Positions 19,740 to 30,706 are shown, numbered from the stretch's first letter. The stretch is DNA of 64,000 nt from Bacteroidales bacterium (GCA_014800895.1 JAAVFG010000008.1:19635-83634); one strand, 5' to 3'. Notes: a model not told the origin generated them from the sequence alone. Translations and numbers: made by a program.

Positions 19740-21695
19740 ATGAGTGATATCATTAGATTATTGCCTGATTCTGTAGCCAACCAGATAGCGGCGGGGGAGG
19801 TGGTGCAGCGTCCGGCTTCGGTAATAAAGGAGCTGGTGGAGAATGCTGTGGATGCCGGAGCGACTGATATCCGTATTACGATCAAGGATGCGGGAAAGAC
19901 ACTTATCCAGGTTGTGGATAATGGCAGTGGCATGTCGGATACTGATGCCCGTATGGCATTCGAGCGCCATGCCACCTCCAAGATAAAAGCTGCCGAAGAC
20001 CTCTTCGCTCTTACTACCATGGGCTTCCGCGGGGAAGCTCTCCCTTCGATATGCGCTATTTCGGAAGTGGAGTTACGCACGCGCACCGCTGACGCCCCGA
20101 TGGGTACGAAGTTGATTATCGAAGGATCGAGAGTTATATCGCAGGAGCCGGTGATGTGTGAGAAAGGCACGGTTATAAGTGTGAAGCGTCTCTTCTTTAA
20201 TATCCCCGCGCGACGTAAATTCCTGAAATCTGATAATGTCGAGCTATCCAACGTAATGCGCGAGTTCGAGCGTCTTGCCTTGGTGAATAATAAGATAAGA
20301 ATGCATATCGATACCGGCACGCGGGAGATAGACCTGCGTGGAGGGACGCTGAAGCAGAGGATAGCCGATATATGGAAAAACAGCATCAATATGCAGCTCC
20401 TTCCGGTCAATATCGATACCTCGCTGGTGAAAATAGAGGGGTTTGTATCGCGTCCGGAATTTGCGAGAAGACGCAATCCCCTGCAATTCTTTTTTGTGAA
20501 TGGCAGACACATGCGGCATCCCTATTTCCATAAGGGTATTCTTTCATGTTTCGAAACTCTTATAGCCGCCGATACCCAGCCTAATTATTTTATAAAATTT
20601 ACGGTCGATCCCCAGACCATAGATGTCAATATCCATCCCACCAAGAATGAGATAAAATTTGAATATGAGCAGCAGATATGGCCTATCCTTACAGCCACTA
20701 TCAAGGCTGCCTTGGGAAAATTCTCAGCCGTTCCTTCCATCGATTTCGATACTGATGTCCTCCCCGTCGAGCCCTTGAAGGAGGGGGAGATGCCCGTAGC
20801 CCCCGAACTTGACCTTAAGGAGGGATATAATCCCTTTAAGGCTGACAGTTATCATCCGCAGAGAGTGGAGAAGAATTGGGAGAGCCTTTATGAGAGTTTC
20901 AAGAATGAGGCGCATAAGGAATACTCCGGCTTTTTCGGTGGAAAAGAGGGTACGGAATTCTCATCCGCCGCGCCATCCTCATCTACCTTGGCTGCATCAT
21001 TCTCGGAGACAGCGAGAGGGATAAATCTGATGTCGCCTGATTTTGCCGATCTTCCGGATCCTCAGCAGAGTGTCTTGCCCGATTTCGAGGAGGATCTGGA
21101 TAAAAGCGCGATGGCACCTATCTCAATCCAGTACGCTAATAAATATTTAGTGGCATCCTCTCCGGAGGGATTGCTGATTATCGACCAATACAGGGCGCAT
21201 GTGCGCGTTCTTTTTGAGGAATATATGGGAAAGGTAAGAAATTCATCCTTACCTTCGCAGGGGGTGATGTTTCCGGAAACGATCACCCTTGATGAGAGTC
21301 AACGCGCGGCATTGTTTGAAATTGAAGATAAACTGCATAAGATGGGTTTCACATTGGAATATGACTCGGGGGAGAGCTGGAGCATAACGGCGATACCCGC
21401 GATATTGAAGAGTGTTAACCCTGCGGATCTGATATTCCGCATACTTGATTCCGTAAGTGAAAGTTCGCCGAATTTCGGAAAGGAGAGTTTCAATGCCGAT
21501 GACATACTCGAGCGCATAGCTTTGGTAATGGCACGCAGTTCGGCGGTGCGGAGGGGGCAGAAACTGACAGCCCTAGAGATGGAGCATCTCCTCAGTCAGC
21601 TGTTATCTCTTCCCAATCCCGGGCTTACACCTGACGGCAATCCCGTCTTCTGCCGTCTTGATGACAAGCGGATAGACAGAATGTTCGGTATTTAG
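19740..21695 (+). CDS. mutL: DNA mismatch repair protein MutL
   Basis: VANQIAAGEVVQRPASVIKELVENAVDAGA, DNGSGM, RHATSKI, GFRGEAL, DVNIHPTKNE, IIDQYRAHVR. ATG at 19740. Confidence 0.97.
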   Translation: MSDIIRLLPDSVANQIAAGEVVQRPASVIKELVENAVDAGATDIRITIKDAGKTLIQVVDNGSGMSDTDARMAFERHATSKIKAAEDLFALTTMGFRGEALPSICAISEVELRTRTADAPMGTKLIIEGSRVISQEPVMCEKGTVISVKRLFFNIPARRKFLKSDNVELSNVMREFERLALVNNKIRMHIDTGTREIDLRGGTLKQRIADIWKNSINMQLLPVNIDTSLVKIEGFVSRPEFARRRNPLQFFFVNGRHMRHPYFHKGILSCFETLIAADTQPNYFIKFTVDPQTIDVNIHPTKNEIKFEYEQQIWPILTATIKAALGKFSAVPSIDFDTDVLPVEPLKEGEMPVAPELDLKEGYNPFKADSYHPQRVEKNWESLYESFKNEAHKEYSGFFGGKEGTEFSSAAPSSSTLAASFSETARGINLMSPDFADLPDPQQSVLPDFEEDLDKSAMAPISIQYANKYLVASSPEGLLIIDQYRAHVRVLFEEYMGKVRNSSLPSQGVMFPETITLDESQRAALFEIEDKLHKMGFTLEYDSGESWSITAIPAILKSVNPADLIFRILDSVSESSPNFGKESFNADDILERIALVMARSSAVRRGQKLTALEMEHLLSQLLSLPNPGLTPDGNPVFCRLDDKRIDRMFGI

Positions 21696-21756
21696 GCTCT
21701 CGACTTTATTTGAGGATCGACCCTAAGGCTCCAACCCTTATTGGATCGAGCCTAAA
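21691..21756. repeat. Two degenerate palindromic units of the junction-motif family
   Basis: TTTAGGCTC...GAGCCTAAA. The reverse complement of 21738-21756 is TTTAGGCTCGATCCAATAA. Confidence 0.7.
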
Positions 21757-21779
21757 AAAGGGCGGTTTTTGCCGCCCTA
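21753..21779. terminator. Terminator between mutL and the convergent LRR gene
   Basis: AAAAAAGGGCGG-TTTTT-GCCGCCCT. Confidence 0.65.
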
Positions 21780-23102
21780 CTTGATAATCACTTTCTCACG
21801 TTTACTGCCGTTTACCTTGATATAGATACCGGGATTAAGCGGACGGTCATTTATTTCCCGTCCATTTAGGTCAAACCATCGGTATGGCGAATTATCAACA
21901 GGCAATTCATTCTCTGAAATATCCGACAAATCCGGCTCGCCTATGCCTTTGATATAATGGAAATCTTTCCATACATTTGCAACCCGATAGCTATTTACTA
22001 CCGCGGGCTGTACGGATAATGGCGTATTCTCCAGCGTGCGCTGGTCAAACACCTGTTTGGTAGCGGTCGGAGGAACAGAAGCACGGCATATCACTTCCTG
22101 AAGATTGCTACCCGCAAAGGCAAAAGCATCCTCTCCAATCGTGGTGACAGTAGAAGGAATATCTACTAAAGCAACTCCATTTGAGCCCTTGGAGATCTGA
22201 TCTGAAAAACCGCGGTCCATGATTGTAGTCAATCCTTCATTAATCTTAAGGAACTGTATATTGTTTGACCAGAAGGCACCTACACCGACAGTGCGGACTG
22301 TGGAGGGAAGGATTACCTGTTCCAGTCGGCAGCCGCAGAAGGCGCCGTCGCCAAATGATTCTACTCCGGGGTTGCCGAGACTCAAGGTGGAAAGATTTGG
22401 ATTATTTGAGAATGCATCCTCACCAACTTTTGTCTTTCCGTTACCTGCCAGTAGAGTGACTTTTTCCAAGTTATCACACCACATGAAAGCCTTATCGCCA
22501 ATCTCTTTTATACACCCGGGAATGGTAACAGAAGTGAGAATACTATGACTGAAAGCGCTTTTCCCTATCGATTCAAGATTCTTGGAATTGTTGTCGAACA
22601 TTATTCTTGTGAGCGAAGGAGTACTATAGAAAGCTTCATCGCGGATAATCTGTAAAGAAGAGGGGAAGCTCACCTCCTTCAATCCGGTATTGCTGAAAGC
22701 CCGGTAACCTATTATCTTCATCTTGTTTCCCAAGTTGACAGAGGAAAGATTATGGCAAGCGAAAAAGGCTTGACTTCCTACAGTTTCGGTATATTCTGAA
22801 AGTGTGACTGAGGTAAGGTAATCATCATACATAAAGGCATCCTTATCAATGGATGTCACTTTGATTGTCCCCCAGTCGGTAAGCAGGACAGAAGGCAAAA
22901 TCAGTTTCCACTTCTTGGTCGCTTCAACGGCACGGCCTTTCACCTGCGCCACTTTAGTAGTGGTATTGATCGAAAACTTGATGTCTTCGATAACGATATT
23001 CTTATTGGCAGCCGACGCGGGGAAATATAGCAAGAAGATCGACATACAAGCGAAAATTCTCATAATTCGAGACCTTATCTCGGACCAAAATATCTTTTCC
23101 AT
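21777..23102 (-). CDS. BspA-type leucine-rich-repeat (LRR_5) surface protein with T9SS-like C-terminal domain
   Basis: Signal peptide, repeated IG..AF..C..L..V.LP units, and a tail WFDLNGREI...PGIYIKVNGSKREKVIIK. Confidence 0.85.
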   Translation of the reverse strand: MEKIFWSEIRSRIMRIFACMSIFLLYFPASAANKNIVIEDIKFSINTTTKVAQVKGRAVEATKKWKLILPSVLLTDWGTIKVTSIDKDAFMYDDYLTSVTLSEYTETVGSQAFFACHNLSSVNLGNKMKIIGYRAFSNTGLKEVSFPSSLQIIRDEAFYSTPSLTRIMFDNNSKNLESIGKSAFSHSILTSVTIPGCIKEIGDKAFMWCDNLEKVTLLAGNGKTKVGEDAFSNNPNLSTLSLGNPGVESFGDGAFCGCRLEQVILPSTVRTVGVGAFWSNNIQFLKINEGLTTIMDRGFSDQISKGSNGVALVDIPSTVTTIGEDAFAFAGSNLQEVICRASVPPTATKQVFDQRTLENTPLSVQPAVVNSYRVANVWKDFHYIKGIGEPDLSDISENELPVDNSPYRWFDLNGREINDRPLNPGIYIKVNGSKREKVIIK

Positions 23103-23266
23103 ATTTTATATGTAAGTCATTTAGTCAGCAAAAATAATACATTTTCATCAATCATAGAAATATAAGCGACAAAACAGAGTATATAGGAGACAAAATAAAA
23201 ATCGTTTAAAAATTATATTTTTTCAAAATATAATTTTTAAACTTAACTTTCTTTTTTATATAACAT

Positions 23267-23296
23267 AAAAATGCCGGCGGGATGCGCCGGCATTTT
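23267..23296 (-). terminator. Terminator after malQ
   Basis: AAAAATGCCGGCG-GGATG-CGCCGGCATTTT. Confidence 0.75.
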
Positions 23297-23320
23297 CTGT
23301 ATAGATTGAGAGGATCTGAT

Positions 23321-25999
23321 TTATCGTCTTGAAGCTTCGATCTTATTCTTCAACGCTGAGTTGAAAGCATCTGAATGGAGAAGCTGGTCAGTAGTGAGGT
23401 GCATACGGTAACGCCAATAGTGACGTGGATTAGCAGGCTCATTAATCTGCTCCTCTCTCGGATCCTGACGACGGAGATTTCCATCAGCCGACAGCCAGTC
23501 CTGAAGAGGAAGGATACAGAGCATTGAGGGAGATTTGAGCTGTAGATCTATGATCTTGTCGCAAATCCAAGGCTCTGCAAACGCCGGAGTCTCGCCCCAT
23601 TCGCCAAGTACCTGATGATAGAAACGGTTGGCAACCTCCTTGTCTGCCTCCCACCATGAACGTATACCGCCCATATCGTGAGTCGATGTAGTGCAGACTG
23701 AATAGTAAGGATAACGCCATGTGTCGCCGAATTCAAGAGAGGGATCCTTCGGCATACGCTGTATCTCGAGAGTGAGAATCTCAAGCTGGCTCATGACTGC
23801 CGGAACGCAGTCAGGAATCATACCGAGGTCTTCGGCACATGTCAGCATGGAAGTGGAGTCGAGAAGGGGAGGAAGCTTCCACATAGCCTTTCCATACCAG
23901 AAGTCGTTATGACGGTGGTAGTAGAAGTTATTGTAGAGGCGGTTGAAGCACCATCTCTCATAATCATTCAACATTCTGTACTGGTAAGAGAACTGAGCCG
24001 AGATACGGGGGTGATAGTGACCCTTGTTATAGGGATCTTCGATAAAGAGAACATTATCAATAAGGGCGAAGAGAACATCCTGGAATTGTTTCTCTTTCTC
24101 ATCATCAGTCTTACCCATGAAGAGATCCTCGACCTTACGCTGAGTATCCACATACTGTTTGAGCACGAAGCGGTCGCCGCCTACATGGTCAAGGAAACGC
24201 TCCTTGAATTCCTCTTTGCGCTCGCCGAGCATCTCGTCAAGCATCCATTCGAGGATAAGAGGTTTGGTCTGAATCTCCGGATTGATCCAGAAGTCAAACT
24301 CCTCGCGCATCTCTGAGGGAGAGAAGGGGAGGGCAGGGTTGAAGTAGCCGAGAAGGCCATGCACCGCATCCATAGGAATCTCCCATATACGGAAGAAGCC
24401 GAGGATATGGTCGATACGGTAAGCATCGAAGAATTCAGACATCTTGCGGAAACGATTCTTCCACCACTGGAATCCGTCGCGAGCCATCTCATCCCAGTTG
24501 TAGGTGGGGAATCCCCAGTTCTGACCAAGGACAGAGAAGTCATCCGGCGGAGCGCCCGCCTGGGTATTCATATTGAAGAGTTCGGGAGTCTGCCAAGCGT
24601 CTGCACTGAAGCGGCTGATACCGATAGGTATGTCACCCTTGAGCACTACACCCTTGCTATGAGCGTAATCACGAACATGGCGAAGCTGACGGTCGAGGTG
24701 ATACTGCACGAAGTAGTAGAAATTCACCTCATCCGCATGCTCCTTCATGAAGGCATCTACCTTAGCCTCATCATATTGGGCATATTCGCCCCAAAGGTTA
24801 TTGTCAGGAGTATTATAAATATCACGAAGTACGCTCCATACGGCGTAAGGTTTCAACCAGTAGGAGTTATGCTCCACAAACGCGGCATATTCCTTGGTCT
24901 TGAAAGTCTTCGCTGCATCCTGCGCATAAATCTCGTGGAGATATTCCTGTTTGCCATTGTTGACGCGCTCGTAATCTATCTCGGAGAGCTGATTAAGCTC
25001 CTTGCCTAAATTGCGATAGTAGTCGCGGCGAGCCTCATCTTTAAGTACCCCTACCTCCTCCAAACGTATATACTGGGGATGGAGGGCGAAAGTAGAGTTA
25101 GACTTATAGGGATATGAATCAAGCCATGTCTTGGTCATCATGGTGTCATTGACCGGAAGCACCTGAAGAATCTTCTGGCCGGTCAGAGCCGCCCAATCCA
25201 CGAGCTGCTTGATATCGATGAAATCACCGATACCGAAGTCCTCCTCCGAACGGATGGAGAAAACAGGGATAGCCGTGCCGGCACCTTTCCAATGCTCCTT
25301 GGCATTAGGAAGATCGCCACCTTCCACAACAACCTCGGCTTTTGTACCGACAGAATGGATGCCGTAAATACGGTTGGAATTATTCTCCCAGCATACCACG
25401 GAGCCGTCATTCTTGTTAATGATGAGGAATTTATACTCAAACGGCACATCCACGCCCGACATGGGTATATTGACTTCCCAACGGGGGAAGAAAGCATCAT
25501 TCATGCGGACAGCCTTTGCGGGATCCCAGTTGCCGAGAGCCTCTCCCTCGCCGGAAATCGCCACACACTCATCAGGATTCACCATCGGAGCATTGATAGC
25601 GAAGCGGATCATACCTGCCTGAGCTTTCAGGGGTTTGTCGCGGTCTACGCGCTGAAGCATCGCATCGATGAAGGCGGAAGAGTAGAAAGGCTTGTCATGG
25701 GGAAGAGAATGCCAGGCATCAAAGATGGCATACTCCTCTATCCCCTTGCCGGCAGAGAAATGATGAGGCTCGCCCCATTCGAATTTCCATGCCCTTTCGG
25801 GAGCCTTCACGATGAAGAAATAATCGAAATCGCCCGGCTCGTGACCGAGATCGATAGCAAGTTCCCATGTGTCGGGACTTACCAATGTCATTTCCACAGC
25901 CTTATGGACGTCGCCGCCTCCAAGCTCGGGGATACCTCCGCAGAGATATACCGACTCGCCCCAGTCTGTGTGGTAGTTGATTACGAATGAAATTTTCAT
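23321..25999 (-). CDS. malQ: 4-alpha-glucanotransferase (GH77) with N-terminal CBM20 domains
   Basis: Two CBM20-like N-terminal modules, GTAIPVFSIRS, QVLPVND, SYPY, KGDIPIG, GAPPD, YRIDHILGFFRIW, CAEDLG, STHD. Confidence 0.93.
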   Translation of the reverse strand: MKISFVINYHTDWGESVYLCGGIPELGGGDVHKAVEMTLVSPDTWELAIDLGHEPGDFDYFFIVKAPERAWKFEWGEPHHFSAGKGIEEYAIFDAWHSLPHDKPFYSSAFIDAMLQRVDRDKPLKAQAGMIRFAINAPMVNPDECVAISGEGEALGNWDPAKAVRMNDAFFPRWEVNIPMSGVDVPFEYKFLIINKNDGSVVCWENNSNRIYGIHSVGTKAEVVVEGGDLPNAKEHWKGAGTAIPVFSIRSEEDFGIGDFIDIKQLVDWAALTGQKILQVLPVNDTMMTKTWLDSYPYKSNSTFALHPQYIRLEEVGVLKDEARRDYYRNLGKELNQLSEIDYERVNNGKQEYLHEIYAQDAAKTFKTKEYAAFVEHNSYWLKPYAVWSVLRDIYNTPDNNLWGEYAQYDEAKVDAFMKEHADEVNFYYFVQYHLDRQLRHVRDYAHSKGVVLKGDIPIGISRFSADAWQTPELFNMNTQAGAPPDDFSVLGQNWGFPTYNWDEMARDGFQWWKNRFRKMSEFFDAYRIDHILGFFRIWEIPMDAVHGLLGYFNPALPFSPSEMREEFDFWINPEIQTKPLILEWMLDEMLGERKEEFKERFLDHVGGDRFVLKQYVDTQRKVEDLFMGKTDDEKEKQFQDVLFALIDNVLFIEDPYNKGHYHPRISAQFSYQYRMLNDYERWCFNRLYNNFYYHRHNDFWYGKAMWKLPPLLDSTSMLTCAEDLGMIPDCVPAVMSQLEILTLEIQRMPKDPSLEFGDTWRYPYYSVCTTSTHDMGGIRSWWEADKEVANRFYHQVLGEWGETPAFAEPWICDKIIDLQLKSPSMLCILPLQDWLSADGNLRRQDPREEQINEPANPRHYWRYRMHLTTDQLLHSDAFNSALKNKIEASRR

Positions 26000-26047
26000 G
26001 TATAATTTATTGTGTTAGATTGAAAGTTTAACTTCTCTGATTTCCCC

Positions 26048-28585
26048 TTATCCGCATTTTGAATTTCCGCATGTGGTGCAGATAAGACATCCCTCCTGAT
26101 ATATGAGGGTCTCCGACCCGCATTTAGGACATTTCTGACCCTTCGCTTCCATACCGTTAGGGAGATACTTCTTCAAAGCCCGCTCCACGCCATTCTTCCA
26201 TGTGTTGATATTGGTGGAGTCAAGCTCGAGTGCGCCGACAAGCTTCAACACCTGATCGATAGGCATTCCATAACGGAGCACGCCGGAGATAAGCTTGGCA
26301 TAATTCCAGAACTCCGGATTGAATTTTTCCGACAGTCCCTCGATTGTGGTCTTATATCCGCGCTTGTTGACAAACTGGAAATCGTATCTCTTCTTACCAT
26401 CCGGATCAATAGTCTTGATGATAGCACCATGAGTCACGCTCTTGGGGCAGAAGATACCATCCTCATCATCAACCAATCCTGTAAATATCTCGTAAGGCTT
26501 GCCATCCACTAATCCGACGAAGGCAATCCATTTCTCTTTATTATTCTGGAATCTCACCACGTCAGCCTCAAGTTCGCGCGGACGTTTTGAGATATGGGGA
26601 TGAGAGCTTGCGTTCGGAGTTTCTGCTTTCTTGCTCTTAACCGACTCCAGCACATTATTGCGCGAGCCGTCGCGATAAACAGTGCAACCTTTGCAGCCCG
26701 CTTTCCATGCCTCGGCATAGAGATCGCCCACCAGTTCCTCCGTCACATCATTCGGAAGATTGATGGTCACCGATATCGAGTGATCCACCCATTTCTGGAC
26801 GGCGCCCTGCATACGCACCTTCTCCATCCAGTCCACATCGTTACTTGTGGCTTTATGGTAAGGAGACTTGGCAACCAGCTCATCAATCTCCTCGGAGGTA
26901 AGATTCTTTTTGGGTTCGATACCGTTCGCGCGCATCCATTCAAGGAATTTATGATGATATACCGTGTATTCCTCGAAAGAATCGCCCACTTCATCCACAA
27001 AGTCTACCCTCACATTCTCATCGGTAGGGTTGACTTTTCTTTTTCTCTTGTAAACAAGCATGAAAACAGGCTCGATACCGGAAGAGGTCTGGGTCATGAT
27101 GGATGTGGTGCCGGTAGGGGCTATAGTAAGGCAGGCGATATTTCTTCGTCCGCTCTTCACCATTCTTTCGTAAAGCTCAGGGTCATTCTCGCGGATACGT
27201 GCGATGAAAGGATTGTTTTTCTCCCTCTCCGCATCATATACCTCAAAAGCTCCGCGCTCCTCGGCGGTGATGACGGATCCGGTATAGTAAGCCAAAGCCA
27301 AGGCGCGATGTACTTCCACAGAGAAGGCAGTAGCCTCAGGTGTGCCGTAACGCAGACCGAGGGCAGCCAGCATATCTCCTTCCCCTGTTGTGCCGCAACC
27401 TGTGCGTCGTCCCTGGAGAGTCTTTTTGCGTATCTTCTTCCAGAGATTCAGTTCGGTGAATTTCACTTCATCAGTCTCCGGATCTTTCTCAATCTTGCTT
27501 ATTATCTTGTCAATTTTCTCCATTTCCAGGTCGATGATATCGTCCATCAGACGCTGAGCTTTTATGACATGCTCGCGGAAAAGGGGGAAATCAAATTCAG
27601 CTTCGGGAGTAAAGGGATTCTTCACATAGCTGTAAAGATTAATAGCTATGAGGCGGCAGCTGTCGTAAGGACAAAGAGGTATCTCGCCGCAGGGGTTAGT
27701 GGAGACAGTCTCAAAACCGAGGTCGGCATAGCAGTCGGGTACTGATTCGCGCTGGATGGTATCCCAGAAAAGCACACCCGGCTCGGCACTTTTCCATGCG
27801 TTATGCACGATTTTCTTCCAAAGAGCGGTGGCATCAGTCTCATGCACCACAGAAGGACTATCGCTTTTGATAGGGAACTGCTGCACATAAGGAGTACCGG
27901 AAAGGGCGCAATGCATGAAATTGTCATCAATTTTGACGGATACATTCGCGCCGGTCACTTTCCCCTCTGTCATTTTAGCATCTATGAAGCTTTCTGCATC
28001 AGGGTGCTTGATGCTGACAGACATCATCAGGGCGCCGCGGCGACCATCCTGAGCCACTTCACGGGTGCTGTTGCTGTAACGCTCCATAAAAGGGACAAGA
28101 CCTGTGGAGGTCAGGGCAGAGTTCTTTACCGGGCTTCCCTTGGGACGTATATGGGAGAGGTCATGACCGACACCGCCACGGCGTTTCATGAGCTGCACCT
28201 GCTCTTCATCAATACGGATGATACCGCCATAAGAGTCAGGATGACCGTCCAAGCCTATCACGAAGCAGTTGGAGAGGGAGCCGACCTGAAAGTTATTGCC
28301 TATACCCGCCATAGGGCTTCCCTGAGGCACGATATATTTAAAGTTTTTAAGAAGATCAAAAATCTCCTCTTCCGACATCGGGTTAGGATAATTCTTTTCA
28401 ATGCGTGCAAATTCCGATGCTATGCGATGATGCATGTCATCAGGAGTAAGCTCGTAGAAATTCCCATAAGAATCTTTAAGTGAATATTTACTCGACCATA
28501 CTCGAGCCGCCAGTTCATCACCTTTGAAGTATTGAAGAGCAGCCTCGTATACCTGATCGTAATTATATTTTGTAGTTTCCTTCAT
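26048..28585 (-). CDS. nrdJ: Class II adenosylcobalamin-dependent ribonucleotide reductase
   Basis: SLSNCFV, TNPCGEIPL, TIAPTGT, SSGIEP, VDHSISVT, GCTVYRDGSR, C-terminal CPKC..C..CG zinc ribbon. No adjacent beta subunit. Confidence 0.92.
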   Translation of the reverse strand: MKETTKYNYDQVYEAALQYFKGDELAARVWSSKYSLKDSYGNFYELTPDDMHHRIASEFARIEKNYPNPMSEEEIFDLLKNFKYIVPQGSPMAGIGNNFQVGSLSNCFVIGLDGHPDSYGGIIRIDEEQVQLMKRRGGVGHDLSHIRPKGSPVKNSALTSTGLVPFMERYSNSTREVAQDGRRGALMMSVSIKHPDAESFIDAKMTEGKVTGANVSVKIDDNFMHCALSGTPYVQQFPIKSDSPSVVHETDATALWKKIVHNAWKSAEPGVLFWDTIQRESVPDCYADLGFETVSTNPCGEIPLCPYDSCRLIAINLYSYVKNPFTPEAEFDFPLFREHVIKAQRLMDDIIDLEMEKIDKIISKIEKDPETDEVKFTELNLWKKIRKKTLQGRRTGCGTTGEGDMLAALGLRYGTPEATAFSVEVHRALALAYYTGSVITAEERGAFEVYDAEREKNNPFIARIRENDPELYERMVKSGRRNIACLTIAPTGTTSIMTQTSSGIEPVFMLVYKRKRKVNPTDENVRVDFVDEVGDSFEEYTVYHHKFLEWMRANGIEPKKNLTSEEIDELVAKSPYHKATSNDVDWMEKVRMQGAVQKWVDHSISVTINLPNDVTEELVGDLYAEAWKAGCKGCTVYRDGSRNNVLESVKSKKAETPNASSHPHISKRPRELEADVVRFQNNKEKWIAFVGLVDGKPYEIFTGLVDDEDGIFCPKSVTHGAIIKTIDPDGKKRYDFQFVNKRGYKTTIEGLSEKFNPEFWNYAKLISGVLRYGMPIDQVLKLVGALELDSTNINTWKNGVERALKKYLPNGMEAKGQKCPKCGSETLIYQEGCLICTTCGNSKCG

Positions 28586-28823
28586 GATGTCGGAGATAAA
28601 AGATTTTATTTAAGGGGAGAGAGGATAATTTGATTTTTTAAGTTACAGTTAATTATTTCAACTGCAAATATCGTAAAAATAAATCATATTACCATGAAGT
28701 CATCTATTAATTTTTATTGTGTCGGGAATAAACATATGGGTTAAAAAATTTATTATAATTGTAATGGTCTAACCCATAATAGAAAATATTATAATTATAT
28801 TTGTCTAACCGAAATCATTAAAC

Positions 28824-29687
28824 ATGGAGGCAACATTCAACTATAAGCTAAATCTTCCGGAAAGTCTGGATGAAATATTGGAACAGGATTTCTGGGTGGT
28901 GGATAATGTCCGTCCCCTGATGTTTCGTTATCTGACAGAGCCGGTGAAATTCGCTGCCAATACATGGATATTTGTAAAGAAAGGGTCATGCAATGCAGAG
29001 ATAAGTCTTATCCCTTATCAAGTGAAAGGTCCGGCATTCGTTCAGATAAAGAGTTCGCAATTCATGCTTCCCTCCTCTATAAGCGATGATTTCGAGGCGG
29101 CGGTGATAGTGATGTCCAAACGCTTTGAGGAAACCCTCTTCCTGATGATGGCTGACACTTCTCTCCAGTCGCTGATGGCGAGGAAAGTATGGGTAACGCT
29201 GCCGGAGGAGGTGGCAGGGAAGGTAAATGAATTTATCTCGACATTGCAGCAGATTATTTCAGATAAGGAAAATCCTTACGGAAAGAAGGCACTGTTATAT
29301 TACAGCGGAAGCTTCATTTTCCGCGACCTTTACCGCGCCTTCGAGCCGTTCAAGGAGGAGGTGCAGACCACTCAGGGAAGAATTTCAGCACATTTCATGG
29401 CGTTGGTGCAAGAGCATTACAAGAAGGAGCGTTTCCTTGATTTCTACGCTTCGAAATTGGATATTACCCCTAAGCATCTTTCGCGGACGGTGAAAGAACA
29501 GACGGGATACTCGGCTGTTGATTGGATCGAACGTTTTGTGATTCTGGAGGCAAAGGTATATCTTAAATCCACCAACCTCAATATACAGCAGATAGCAGAT
29601 GAGATGAATTTCCCCTCTCAGTCATTCTTCGGGAAATATTTCAAGAAATATACCGGAATGTCGCCTAAGGAATTCAGAAATTCATGA
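28824..29687 (+). CDS. AraC-family transcriptional regulator
   Basis: C-terminal double HTH: FYASKLDITPKHLSRTVK...NIQQIADEMNFPSQSFFGKYFKKYTGMSPKEFR. Confidence 0.92.
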   Translation: MEATFNYKLNLPESLDEILEQDFWVVDNVRPLMFRYLTEPVKFAANTWIFVKKGSCNAEISLIPYQVKGPAFVQIKSSQFMLPSSISDDFEAAVIVMSKRFEETLFLMMADTSLQSLMARKVWVTLPEEVAGKVNEFISTLQQIISDKENPYGKKALLYYSGSFIFRDLYRAFEPFKEEVQTTQGRISAHFMALVQEHYKKERFLDFYASKLDITPKHLSRTVKEQTGYSAVDWIERFVILEAKVYLKSTNLNIQQIADEMNFPSQSFFGKYFKKYTGMSPKEFRNS

Positions 29688-29752
29688 CAGGCGATATTCA
29701 TGGTATCGTGCCTTATGATGATAAGGAGAGGGCTGTATGGACGGGGAGGAAA

Positions 29753-30706
29753 TTATCTATGCTTAGGGGAGACCGAGCTCTTCCATTTATCAGATATGAC
29801 GAGACCGCCTATAATAAGCGCGCAACCAATATATCCCAAAATGTATATATCCTCGCCCAACATGAAATAGGCAGCCACCATTGTGGTGAGAGGCTGAAAG
29901 TAGAGGTAATTGTTAGCCGCTACCGGCCCGAGATATTTCATAGCCTCATTCCATATCAGATATGCAGCCAGAGAGCACATTATCACGAGGAATAGGAAGT
30001 TGGATATAAATTCTGGATGAGAAAAGTCAAACAATACATTCAGGTGAAGCGGTTCGCGCTGAAGAAACAGTAGCGGGAGAGCTGTTATCACGCCATAGAA
30101 GAAAAGCTTCCGTGTGATGAAGAGCGAGTTATAAAAAGGGATGAGACGCTTCACCGCCACTGTATATATAGCCCAGCAAAGAGCAGCGGAAAGCGCTAAG
30201 ATGTCGCCCTCAGGATGAAGCTCTACAGATTCGCCGTGAGAAAATATAATGCAAGCCACACCCGCGAATGCGACGACAGAGCCTATCAATACCCCTGCCT
30301 TTATCTTCTGCCTGTATATCAGCGCCACAAGAAAGGTGGTGAAGATAGGCGCGATAGAGGCGAGCAGGGAGACGTTCCCGGTGGAAGTAAGGGTCAGGGC
30401 ATAGTTCTCCGTGATGAAATAAAGAGAGCCGGCGCACACACCACAGAGAGCGAATGTGACCTCATCCCTCCATGAATTGGACATAAACTTCCGCCAGGTG
30501 AAGCAAAGCAGAAGGATATAAGCTATCGTAAACCGATAAACATACATCTCGACAGGAGTCAGACCGCCCTTCTCCATAAGCACTTTGGTACATAAAAAAG
30601 AGGAGCCCCAGGCAATGACTGTGATCAGAGCGCCGATGTGGGCGAGTATAACGTGATATTTCTGACTTGAAGCGAATTTCATTTTCTTTATATTCAAAAA
30701 GTCCAT
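29753..30706 (-). CDS. EamA/DMT-family transporter
   Basis: About ten hydrophobic helices in two EamA repeats (WGSSF..TK, YRF, LGP..A). Confidence 0.9.
   Translation of the reverse strand: MDFLNIKKMKFASSQKYHVILAHIGALITVIAWGSSFLCTKVLMEKGGLTPVEMYVYRFTIAYILLLCFTWRKFMSNSWRDEVTFALCGVCAGSLYFITENYALTLTSTGNVSLLASIAPIFTTFLVALIYRQKIKAGVLIGSVVAFAGVACIIFSHGESVELHPEGDILALSAALCWAIYTVAVKRLIPFYNSLFITRKLFFYGVITALPLLFLQREPLHLNVLFDFSHPEFISNFLFLVIMCSLAAYLIWNEAMKYLGPVAANNYLYFQPLTTMVAAYFMLGEDIYILGYIGCALIIGGLVISDKWKSSVSPKHR

Noticed and set aside
26594-27745. 383-aa antisense ORF over nrdJ (and similar long shadow ORFs over malQ, cimA, the amylases and tig)
   Set aside because: These fully overlap well-supported genes and have no recognisable motifs. 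They are the expected by-product of codon bias in the sense genes.
26048-28820. Intein or intron in nrdJ, or a cobalamin riboswitch upstream
   Set aside because: The length (845 aa) and motif spacing look uninterrupted. The upstream region is AT-rich without B12-box-like sequence.
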